From sequence record MK524176.1: DNA of 64,000 nucleotides, one strand, 5' to 3'. The translations under genes and the position numbers were made by a program. Of the stretch, positions 16,120 to 24,154 are shown one piece after another (positions within the stretch are counted from its first letter, which is position 1; every line of letters starts with the position of its first letter). The stretch is from Escherichia phage PHB11. Under the pieces are notes generated by a model. The model worked only from the letters and a program-made list of their open reading frames with translations, was not told the DNA's origin and ran no database searches.

Positions 16120-16487
16120 AGTGGCTAGAGGAAGCTTTTAAAAATAATATTGGTGCAATTGTAGTTGGTATTTTTAGTGTTATTGGGATGTACACCACCA
16201 TGCAAGTTTCGGATGGTAAACAAGAAGTGTCTATCACAACAAAGTTACAGCAGTTAGATAATTATTCCAAAAGTAATTATTCAGCTATTCGTGATTTACA
16301 GTCTGATATGAGGCTGCTTCAGCTAGGGATGGAGAACCAGAAAGTCCAGTTAGAGAATGTTAAGGGTGAGAACGCAAAACTTACTAAGACTCTTGATAAA
16401 TTCTCTGATAGTGTAAACAATCTGGCTCAATCAGTATCAGCCCTCCAAGCTATTACTGAAAAGAACACAAAGAATACTGAAAAGTAA
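16116..16487 (+). CDS. Membrane-anchored coiled-coil protein (unknown)
   Basis: N-terminal hydrophobic helix IGAIVVGIFSVIGMY followed by heptad-rich region. Confidence 0.35.
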   Translation: MKWLEEAFKNNIGAIVVGIFSVIGMYTTMQVSDGKQEVSITTKLQQLDNYSKSNYSAIRDLQSDMRLLQLGMENQKVQLENVKGENAKLTKTLDKFSDSVNNLAQSVSALQAITEKNTKNTEK

Positions 16488-16493
16488 AGTTTA

Positions 16494-16521
16494 AGGCTCC
16501 TTTTTACGGGAGCCTTTTTTG
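16494..16521. terminator. Intrinsic terminator at the convergent junction of the + late operon and the - strand block
   Basis: AGGCTCC-N8-GGAGCCT hairpin followed by TTTTTT on the + strand. Confidence 0.6.
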
Positions 16522-16523
16522 TT

Positions 16524-17423
16524 TTATTTACCTACTGACAAAGGTGCTTCAATCTTTCCTGCATGTTGATAGTTGCTAATACCACCAATAAAGTCACTTG
16601 CAGTGAGATGTTTTAAGTCACTTAAAGTGTTAAGTGGGATACCAATCTCAAAAGTTGGTGCATGGAACTCTTCATTGTTCATTAGTTCATAAACCTGCTT
16701 CATGTGGTTCTGATAAATCTGAGTATCTCCAAAGACACCTATCAAATATCGTGGAGTGTATCCAGTCATCTTACAAAGAACTTCCAGAATAAAACCATAA
16801 GATGCAATGTTAAACGGAAGTCCTAAAAAGGTGTCTACAGAACGCTGATACCATTGTAAGTCAACTTCACCCTCGTTAGTGATATAAATCTGAAACAGAA
16901 CATGACAAGGTGCTAGAGCCATTGAGTTTGCTGCAATATCTGCTGCATTCCAAGCATTAACAAGCATGTAACGGTCTGTGATATCACCCTTCATCTTCGT
17001 TACTAAGGTCTCTAACTGGTCTACAACACAACCATTATGACCTTCAAAGTTTCTCCACTGAACTCCATAGATTCTTCCACCTGCATCTTCTAACCAATCT
17101 TGTTCAGAAGAATAATTAGAGCTTAACCAACGTTTAAAATCATCTGACCAGATAGTCCAACGTTCTCCGTCATTTTCACCCCAAGTGCGGTAACGGAGTT
17201 CACCAAGCTTATTCTCACCATTCAGGAACCATAAAGCTTCTCCGATAACTTGCCGTGTAAACACCTGTTTAGATGTTAAGAGTGGGAAACCAGTTCGCAT
17301 ATCAAAACGAAACTGAGGTGGAGCAAATGCAGAGATAACATCTCCAGTTCGTGTGGTACGCAGTTCACCAACTGATAAAACATGGTTCAGGATATTTTTG
17401 TAACTCAAATCTGCTTGTGACAT
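16524..17423 (-). CDS. thyA: Thymidylate synthase
   Basis: ThyA-type active site MALAPCHVLFQIY and LGLPFNIAS (Asn retained, as in dUMP-specific enzymes); DHFR gene adjacent. Confidence 0.85.
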   Translation of the reverse strand: MSQADLSYKNILNHVLSVGELRTTRTGDVISAFAPPQFRFDMRTGFPLLTSKQVFTRQVIGEALWFLNGENKLGELRYRTWGENDGERWTIWSDDFKRWLSSNYSSEQDWLEDAGGRIYGVQWRNFEGHNGCVVDQLETLVTKMKGDITDRYMLVNAWNAADIAANSMALAPCHVLFQIYITNEGEVDLQWYQRSVDTFLGLPFNIASYGFILEVLCKMTGYTPRYLIGVFGDTQIYQNHMKQVYELMNNEEFHAPTFEIGIPLNTLSDLKHLTASDFIGGISNYQHAGKIEAPLSVGK

Positions 17424-17424
17424 A

Positions 17425-17970
17425 TCAAAAGTGCCCTTTTACTTGTGGAACATAAATTTCAAAAGTTGCTTTACCATCCTCTGATGGTTTTGACTGTACC
17501 TTTGTAAATACACGGTTATCATACAACTTTTCAAAGAAGTTTTCAAAAGGTAAATGAACAGTGGCCTCTTCAGTAACTTTATGGAAAACTGTATGGAACA
17601 CTACATCAGCATACGGTAAAGCATTGACAAGGACACCTGCACCACCAATTACAAAGACATCTTCATCAATAGAGCTATCAAGATACTTCAAAAATGCTCC
17701 AAATGACTCTTTACTGGCTTTAGCATACATTACCTCATCTTTGCCAAAGTCTATGCCTAAGTATGGTACAGAGTTTGTTAAGATGAGGTTTGCACGTTCT
17801 GGTAAGGGTTTACTACCCAGAGTCTTAAAAGTCTCATTCCCCATCACTACTAAGTTATTTTTAGTGAGTCTCTTAAACTCTTGCATATCCTGTTTATGTC
17901 GAGGCCACGGCATACCAGTTGGAGTACCAAACTCACCATTTTCACCACTTGCAAAGATTAGTTTAATCAT
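17425..17970 (-). CDS. frd: Dihydrofolate reductase
   Basis: 181 aa; MIKLIFA... N-terminus, GMPWP and VIGGAGVLVNALPYADVV blocks typical of phage/bacterial DHFR; coupled to thyA. Confidence 0.75.
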   Translation of the reverse strand: MIKLIFASGENGEFGTPTGMPWPRHKQDMQEFKRLTKNNLVVMGNETFKTLGSKPLPERANLILTNSVPYLGIDFGKDEVMYAKASKESFGAFLKYLDSSIDEDVFVIGGAGVLVNALPYADVVFHTVFHKVTEEATVHLPFENFFEKLYDNRVFTKVQSKPSEDGKATFEIYVPQVKGHF

Positions 17971-18227
17971 TTTATAAATCCTTTCTTAATAAACCAGTTG
18001 ATAACATTCTTCACAGCTTTATTGCTATGGTAGATTAAGTGTGGTGTAGGTTGGTATGAGCCATAGGCCCAGAATGATAGATGCTCACCACAACCAACAC
18101 ATGTAGTACTTTCTTCAGCTATATGACCATTAACAATCACATGAACTTCACCTTGCAAATCTGTACACCCACAATGTGGACAACGTATAGGTGTTCCATC
18201 AGACTCATAGCAGTGTTCAATTTTCAT
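17967..18227 (-). CDS. Small zinc-ribbon protein (unknown)
   Basis: CPHCGC ... CVGCGEH cysteine pairs. Confidence 0.4.
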   Translation of the reverse strand: MKIEHCYESDGTPIRCPHCGCTDLQGEVHVIVNGHIAEESTTCVGCGEHLSFWAYGSYQPTPHLIYHSNKAVKNVINWFIKKGFIK

Positions 18228-18743
18228 TTATTTAACCTCAAAAACTGGCTCAAGAGCCAATATAAAGTCTACACAGTCATCTTCTTCATCCAGAATACCA
18301 TCAAAGTTCTTAGGAACGAAGTCGAAGAGGCTCATAACAAAACAGTCAGAAGTAACCCTAATAGTGCCTCCCATATTCTCTACAGTCAACACTGTACGAC
18401 TTTCTTTTACCTCTCGCAGAAGATTGCTCACAAAGTCATCTAAGAAGTACTTCATCAGTGACTTAAAGCCTTTAGGGTAATCTGTACCAGAGTATGTTTC
18501 AATCTGAGGTACAAGCTTAACATTTATACTAGTCTTTGTTAAGAACGTGCTAGAGAACATGCTATCAGGTAATTTACAAACAATCTTTCCAGTGCCTTCA
18601 TGCTCAATCTCAACAAAACCAGCTTCATCACCACATGTAACTATTTTAAAAGATGCTTCATTCTCATACTGTGAAGCCATAAACTTTTTAAGCATCACTT
18701 TAAGGAAGTCTGCATGAGCATCTTGTAAGTAGATATCAATCAT
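18228..18743 (-). CDS. Hypothetical protein
   Basis: 171 aa ORF, translationally coupled in the - strand operon. Confidence 0.4.
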   Translation of the reverse strand: MIDIYLQDAHADFLKVMLKKFMASQYENEASFKIVTCGDEAGFVEIEHEGTGKIVCKLPDSMFSSTFLTKTSINVKLVPQIETYSGTDYPKGFKSLMKYFLDDFVSNLLREVKESRTVLTVENMGGTIRVTSDCFVMSLFDFVPKNFDGILDEEDDCVDFILALEPVFEVK

Positions 18744-18756
18744 AACTAATCACCTA

Positions 18757-19116
18757 TTATGGGAACAGACACTTAATGTCATCGTTTTTGAAAACGAAAC
18801 TTGTGTAGTTGTGACCATCAACATCCAGCCAAACAGCCTGAACATCTACACCATCAAGATTCTGGTAAAGCTCTTTGATGAAGTGGTCTTTTACAATCTG
18901 ACTGCTAGTTGTTTCCAGCTTAATGTTAGAGATTGCTGAACCTACAGCCATATAACCCATGACACGTTTCTTCTCAGTATGCTTAATCTTACCATCTTTG
19001 TAAGCCATAATGAGATTGGAAAGAATCTTCACACCATAATACTTTTCAAGGTGAGTCGGTACACCATAAAAACCTAATGCGAAGTTTTCAGAGTGGATAA
19101 TGTTTTCACGTTTCAT
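18757..19116 (-). CDS. Hypothetical protein
   Basis: 119 aa ORF directly downstream of the HTH gene. Confidence 0.4.
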   Translation of the reverse strand: MKRENIIHSENFALGFYGVPTHLEKYYGVKILSNLIMAYKDGKIKHTEKKRVMGYMAVGSAISNIKLETTSSQIVKDHFIKELYQNLDGVDVQAVWLDVDGHNYTSFVFKNDDIKCLFP

Positions 19117-19117
19117 A

Positions 19118-19417
19118 TTAATCTGCCAGCCTTAAATTAAAATTAACACCAAATTTTTCACATACTTCCAACATAAACTCAAGAGAGACATTACCAGTGA
19201 GATTAATTATGTTGGATACACGAGCCTGAGAGATACCACAAATTTTAGCAACTTGCTCTTGAGAAAGACCTCTGGATTTAATCTCTCTCTTAAAACGATG
19301 TGCAACGAAATCTCTCATTTCGTCTACATCCATTGGACAAATATAACTCTCCATTTCAGCCTCTCTGTCAGCCTCCCAACCATCTTGTGGAGCATAAGGG
19401 TCAAAAACCTCATTCAT
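19118..19417 (-). CDS. XRE-family helix-turn-helix DNA-binding protein
   Basis: HTH motif GLSQEQVAKICGISQARVSNIIN; start placed at internal Met (19417) that has an upstream GGAAGAAGAAAG SD-like sequence; the ORF track begins at 19447. Confidence 0.5.
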   Translation of the reverse strand: MNEVFDPYAPQDGWEADREAEMESYICPMDVDEMRDFVAHRFKREIKSRGLSQEQVAKICGISQARVSNIINLTGNVSLEFMLEVCEKFGVNFNLRLAD

Positions 19418-19622
19418 CTTTCTTCTTCCGTTTACGTGAAGTGTCAATCAATGAATCTATGTTTGTAGCCCTAACCTTTTCACGTTCATCGTTAAGATAA
19501 TCATCAAGAGCCTTCTCAATCTGTGAATCATCTTGACAGATAACTGTAAAGACTGTAAAGCCATCTGTATCATCAATTATCTTACCATAACCGCTTCTGG
19601 GATGTAACTTTTTAAGAGCCAT
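19410..19622 (-). CDS. Hypothetical small protein
   Basis: 70 aa ORF overlapping the HTH gene start. Confidence 0.3.
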   Translation of the reverse strand: MALKKLHPRSGYGKIIDDTDGFTVFTVICQDDSQIEKALDDYLNDEREKVRATNIDSLIDTSRKRKKKDE

Positions 19623-19623
19623 A

Positions 19624-20007
19624 TCAAATACCTGTGCAGCTTCTGTTTTCTAAGAAATACTCAACACCATACATAGCTTTTTGCATCAAATCTTCTTTAA
19701 ACTGAATACGATGATTAAGCATAGTCTGTACATCAATATCATCATGGTGCTTTTCTTTAATATTTGCAGATTGCAGGAAATACTCTCCAAGAACACGATA
19801 CTGATAGTCAGTTACCTTGTCAGTCATCTCTGTTAAAGACTCTTCAGAGATTGGTTTAAGTAACTCACCATTAGCCAAAGCAACACCTTTAACAATCTGA
19901 CAAGTGTCTTCTGGAACACCTGATAAGTCTACATTTGGAAGTTCTGTTGCATTGACTGGTAAATTCATTGCCATAACCATTGCAGCGGCTAATAAAACCT
20001 TTTTCAT
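19624..20007 (-). CDS. Secreted/periplasmic protein of unknown function
   Basis: N-terminal signal-peptide-like sequence MKKVLLAAAMVMAMNLPVNA. Confidence 0.45.
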   Translation of the reverse strand: MKKVLLAAAMVMAMNLPVNATELPNVDLSGVPEDTCQIVKGVALANGELLKPISEESLTEMTDKVTDYQYRVLGEYFLQSANIKEKHHDDIDVQTMLNHRIQFKEDLMQKAMYGVEYFLENRSCTGI

Positions 20008-20051
20008 AATAACCTCAAAGCTATATTAAATTTTGTATTACATTGAGTATA

Positions 20052-20080
20052 AAAATAGGCTATAACACCTGACTTGTCAA
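20052..20080 (-). promoter_or_regulatory. Sigma70-like promoter for the gene starting at 20007
   Basis: On the - strand: TTGACA, 17 bp spacer, TATTTT, about 45 nt upstream of the ATG. Confidence 0.4.
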
Positions 20081-20115
20081 CAGATTTTATAGCTTATTTG
20101 GCAGATTTTTTATAA

Positions 20116-20390
20116 GGCTACTGCCATCCTTCCATACATTACCTTACCTTACCTCACCTGACCTGACCTGACCCTACCTAACATTACCGTGCCACACCTC
20201 ACTTAAAAACCCTCTTAAAAGACTCTTAAGTGATGTAAGTCTCATTTTAATGTAGCTGAGACTAACTACCCATACCTGACCGAACATTACTAGGCCTTAC
20301 CAGACACTACAGAACAGGACAGCACCGCACCTTATTAAAAGACCCTGTTTAAAGACCTTTTAAAAAGGAGCCTCCGAAGAGGCTACCTAG
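20116..20390. repeat. Non-coding pentamer-periodic element E1 (copy 1 of 2)
   Basis: Starts GGCTACTGCCATCC; runs of NNACC pentamers (TTACC TTACC TTACC TCACC TGACC TGACC TGACC ...); conserved blocks C, B, A shared with 21519-21793; ends in GAGCCTC-CGAA-GAGGCTC hairpin. Confidence 0.7.
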
Positions 20391-20395
20391 TCAAC

Positions 20396-20836
20396 TTAGA
20401 AAGGTTTTCTACGTTGCTTGTTAATGTTAGCTTTCATAGCAGCTAAGTGGTTTTGCTGTTCAATCAGTCGTGAGCGTTCTTGATGGCTAAGTTCCATAGT
20501 GTTCACATTCTCAATAGCTTGAGTGGCTTGCTTTAAAGCTCGACCAATCTTACCAGACATTTTACGTTTTGCAATAGTTGCTTGATGTTTAGGTTCAACC
20601 ACACGATAACCAACACCCATTGAAGCAACCAGATAAATCTTCTCTTCTTTAAGAAGCTTCTCAATAAACTTCTCAAGTCGGTTTAGACGTGTAAGTGCAT
20701 AAGCCTTCATTTCATCTTCGTACTTAACAATGTCGCCTTGATAAGTTGGCTTCACAATACCTAAGAAGGTGTCCATCTCAGAATGTGATACAGTGTCACC
20801 GTAACTAAACTTTGCTGCTAATGCTTTTGTATTCAT
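20396..20836 (-). CDS. Hypothetical protein (cassette gene 2)
   Basis: 146 aa ORF, basic C-terminus; flanked by the E1/E2 repeat elements. Confidence 0.4.
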   Translation of the reverse strand: MNTKALAAKFSYGDTVSHSEMDTFLGIVKPTYQGDIVKYEDEMKAYALTRLNRLEKFIEKLLKEEKIYLVASMGVGYRVVEPKHQATIAKRKMSGKIGRALKQATQAIENVNTMELSHQERSRLIEQQNHLAAMKANINKQRRKPF

Positions 20837-20838
20837 AA

Positions 20839-21444
<606 letters not shown>

Positions 21445-21518
21445 TTAGTTGATTGTTAAGTTGTTTGTAAAGAACCCTCAACAGAAGACTCTTTAGAAAC
21501 TTGGTAGATTTTTAACGT

Positions 21519-21793
21519 GGCTACTACCATCCACCCATACCGTGCCACACCACACCGGACTATACCATGCCCAACCCTACTACACCAGACCTTATTAAAA
21601 GACCCTCTTAAAAGACCTTTTAAAAAGGTAAGTCTCATTTTAATGTAGTTGAGACTAACTACCCATACCTTACCGCACCGGACATTACCGGACCGCACAT
21701 CACCGCACCAAACCAAACATCACATTACCTGACCTCACCGCGCCTTACCATACCTCACTTAAAAACCCCTCTTAAAGATTCTTAAGTGATGCT
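21519..21793. repeat. Non-coding pentamer-periodic element E2 (copy 2 of 2)
   Basis: Starts GGCTACTACCATCC; NNACC pentamer runs (TTACC GCACC GGACA TTACC GGACC GCACA TCACC GCACC AAACC ...); same blocks as E1 but order A-B-...-C. Confidence 0.7.
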
Positions 21794-21821
21794 GGTGAGT
21801 ACCCGTTGGTTTATGCTGCTC

Positions 21822-21849
21822 AGTATACTCACCAAATTTTCTATGTCAA
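21822..21849 (-). promoter_or_regulatory. Sigma70-like promoter just downstream of the ligase stop, reading into E2 and the cassette
   Basis: On the - strand: TTGACA, 16 bp spacer, TATACT. Confidence 0.45.
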
Positions 21850-21855
21850 CAACTT

Positions 21856-22959
21856 TTATTCATAATCTCGTATAACGAGGCCAACAGGGAACTGTAAAGA
21901 ACCTTTACGAGTCATCTTCTGGAACTGAACCGTCAAAGGTTTCCCGATAAACTCTTCAGGATGTTCAGCAAGATACTGTTTCTTCTCATGAGTAGTCTTC
22001 CATGAGACATCTACAAAGACGTTAGGAAGAGTCTCTACAACGAACTTGCCATGACCACGCTTATCAGTCTTTACACCAGTCACTTTAAACTCTTCAGTGT
22101 GCATCTTCTTGTGCTTAATCAAGAAGTATGAACGGTGACAACACTCATAGAAGGAGTCTTCAGAGATTGAACGGTACATTGCACCTTCAAACTTGGCTTC
22201 AACCCACTTATCATGAGCTTCATCAAACTCTTCCCAAGAATTTACACGACGAGACTTAACAGGAACAACTTTACAGCCGTCTCTAAAGTCATTCAATGGT
22301 GAAGTCTCAATAATATCTCTACGCTCAGGCCACGTCTTAGTACTGTCACAGATATCATACCAGTAAAACTTGAGCAAGTGTCTGTCAGGATTGTCTTCAT
22401 TTTTAATCATGGAGACGATATCTTCTAAGTCCCACCCATGAGCATAAATCTCTCCATCAAATTCATCAACATCTTTGTGGAGCCTTAACATTGCCATAAT
22501 GTCAGGTATTAGTTCAGTAGGGATTTTATAAACAGTATTCTCACGAGAATATGCTGTAAACACACTACCAATACTCAAGTGTCTTGAAATCCTACAACGT
22601 ACACCATCAAGCTTCGGTTGAGCATCAGCAGGGAACTTCAGATACTTTGCATGACTAACCTTTGCAGCATCATGAGCAAGCTGTACACCTACCTTCTCAG
22701 TATTCTGTGCAGACTCTTTTGTGTAAGCATAGCCTTTGCGGTCAACTTGCTTTTTATACTTAGCAGCAACTTCAAAGAGAGCTTGCTGTTCAGCATTACG
22801 CTCATTCTTTTTACCGATGTTTTTAGGTTCTGCTGTATACTCTTCAAACATCATCTTGCCATTTTCTTTACCGTAGGTTGTAATAACTTTGTCACCTACA
22901 GCAACGCATGACCAGACGTTAAAAGAGCCGTCTTTATTTTGTTTGTACAGAATTGTCAT
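21856..22959 (-). CDS. ATP-dependent DNA ligase
   Basis: KxDG adenylation motif in ...AQPKLDGVRCRIS...; size (367 aa) typical of T7-type ligases. Confidence 0.75.
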   Translation of the reverse strand: MTILYKQNKDGSFNVWSCVAVGDKVITTYGKENGKMMFEEYTAEPKNIGKKNERNAEQQALFEVAAKYKKQVDRKGYAYTKESAQNTEKVGVQLAHDAAKVSHAKYLKFPADAQPKLDGVRCRISRHLSIGSVFTAYSRENTVYKIPTELIPDIMAMLRLHKDVDEFDGEIYAHGWDLEDIVSMIKNEDNPDRHLLKFYWYDICDSTKTWPERRDIIETSPLNDFRDGCKVVPVKSRRVNSWEEFDEAHDKWVEAKFEGAMYRSISEDSFYECCHRSYFLIKHKKMHTEEFKVTGVKTDKRGHGKFVVETLPNVFVDVSWKTTHEKKQYLAEHPEEFIGKPLTVQFQKMTRKGSLQFPVGLVIRDYE

Positions 22960-23162
22960 TTTCTCTTACCACCAATTTCTACGTCAATAACTTGAACATC
23001 ACCAGCAACATCAAACTTATGAATGATGCTTTCCACAGTGTAAGTCCAACCTTCGATGCGAACCAACTCACCTTCTCGTGGGACGATTGGGTTACGTTGA
23101 GCTACCGTTGTAGTGGAGTGAACAACATCATAACGGTAGATATAGTTTACTAAGACTTGCAT
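22956..23162 (-). CDS. Hypothetical small protein
   Basis: 68 aa ORF coupled to the ligase gene. Confidence 0.35.
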   Translation of the reverse strand: MQVLVNYIYRYDVVHSTTTVAQRNPIVPREGELVRIEGWTYTVESIIHKFDVAGDVQVIDVEIGGKRK

Positions 23163-23171
23163 ATCTTCACC

Positions 23172-23378
23172 TTAAAAGAATAAGTCAGATGCTTTTGGGT
23201 TTGTCTGTTCACGATAATCTAACTCTCTGTATGTTTTCAGATAGTGGGTAATTTGTGCAGGCAATTCATGGCTTTTAACATCTGAACGTAGTAGTTGCCA
23301 ATCAAAACCTTTACCGACTCTCCCATATAAACTAAATAATTTTACTTTGCTTTTCATTTTGGTATCCCCAATACTCAA
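23172..23378 (-). CDS. Hypothetical small protein
   Basis: 68 aa ORF. Confidence 0.3.
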   Translation of the reverse strand: MSIGDTKMKSKVKLFSLYGRVGKGFDWQLLRSDVKSHELPAQITHYLKTYRELDYREQTNPKASDLFF

Positions 23379-23587
23379 AAGTCAATACTGATACGTTCAC
23401 CCTTAAGAACACCTGTACGGTCTCTTGCAATCTTACCGTCAACGATAAGGATATGCGCGACCTTTAAAGCCTCACGATTAAAACCTTTTACGAACTTACT
23501 AGGCATCACCACAATAAGCATCTCTTGAATCAACTCTGGAGTGTAGCAATTATCGTGAAGTTGCTGAATAACGTCTGAAAGTGTCAT
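23375..23587 (-). CDS. Hypothetical small protein
   Basis: 70 aa ORF. Confidence 0.35.
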   Translation of the reverse strand: MTLSDVIQQLHDNCYTPELIQEMLIVVMPSKFVKGFNREALKVAHILIVDGKIARDRTGVLKGERISIDF

Positions 23588-23638
23588 ATAGCCTCCTATA
23601 TAAGATATTGTATAAGGTACTCTTCCATGAGCACCTTG

Positions 23639-24154
23639 TCAACTTAGTTTTGCAAACTCTCCGTGGAGTTTTATCGCAGCTTCACAGTAAGCTTTATGGG
23701 CCTCTTCTTCTGTTGTGTACGTCCCGATATGTATAGTCTTACCATTATGGCTAATCTGGGCTTTCCACTTACCAGACTTACTTCTACTTGTACCTTTTAA
23801 GTTTTTTGATGTTCTAGGTTGCCTCCTATTAGACATGTTCTGTTCTTTTGTGGCCTCTCTAAGATTGTCCCAAGCATTATTCAAACCGTTCCCGTCTTTG
23901 TGGTCAATATGATTGTCAGGCCACTTACCTGTCATCCAGAACCAAGCAATTCGGTGATTGCCTGTCCTGTATCCTAAAATCTGGGTTTGCATATACACAC
24001 CAGACCTTGTGCGCTTGATTGTACCAGCCTGTCTTCCAATCACCACCCTACTGCTATGTGGAGGTCTGCCAATCCAAGTCAAGACCCCTGTTTCGGGGTC
24101 GTAGTCTAACCAAGATTTTAACTGTTCATGTGTGAATCCACAATCTCTCATCAA
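23639..24154 (-). CDS. HNH homing endonuclease with AP2 DNA-binding domain
   Basis: HNH_3-type motif HIDHKDGNGLNNAWDNLREAT and AP2-like block GKWKAQISHNGKTIHIGTYTTEEEAHKAY; 4 nt overlap with the DNA polymerase gene. Confidence 0.7.
   Translation of the reverse strand: MMRDCGFTHEQLKSWLDYDPETGVLTWIGRPPHSSRVVIGRQAGTIKRTRSGVYMQTQILGYRTGNHRIAWFWMTGKWPDNHIDHKDGNGLNNAWDNLREATKEQNMSNRRQPRTSKNLKGTSRSKSGKWKAQISHNGKTIHIGTYTTEEEAHKAYCEAAIKLHGEFAKLS

Noticed and set aside
16524-17423. thyA homologue as a dCMP/dUMP hydroxymethylase (DNA hypermodification)
   Set aside because: The substrate-specifying residue in LGLPFNIAS is Asn as in dUMP-specific thymidylate synthases, and a DHFR gene is directly coupled, which fits a DHF-producing true thymidylate synthase; dUMP hydroxymethylase cannot be fully excluded from sequence alone
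21456-21716. 86 aa ORF on the - strand (MVWCGDVRSGNVRCGK...)
   Set aside because: Lies entirely within repeat element E2; its Trp/Cys/Gly/Val-rich composition is the direct translation of the GGTNA pentamer repeats; the homologous element E1 has no equivalent ORF and there is no RBS
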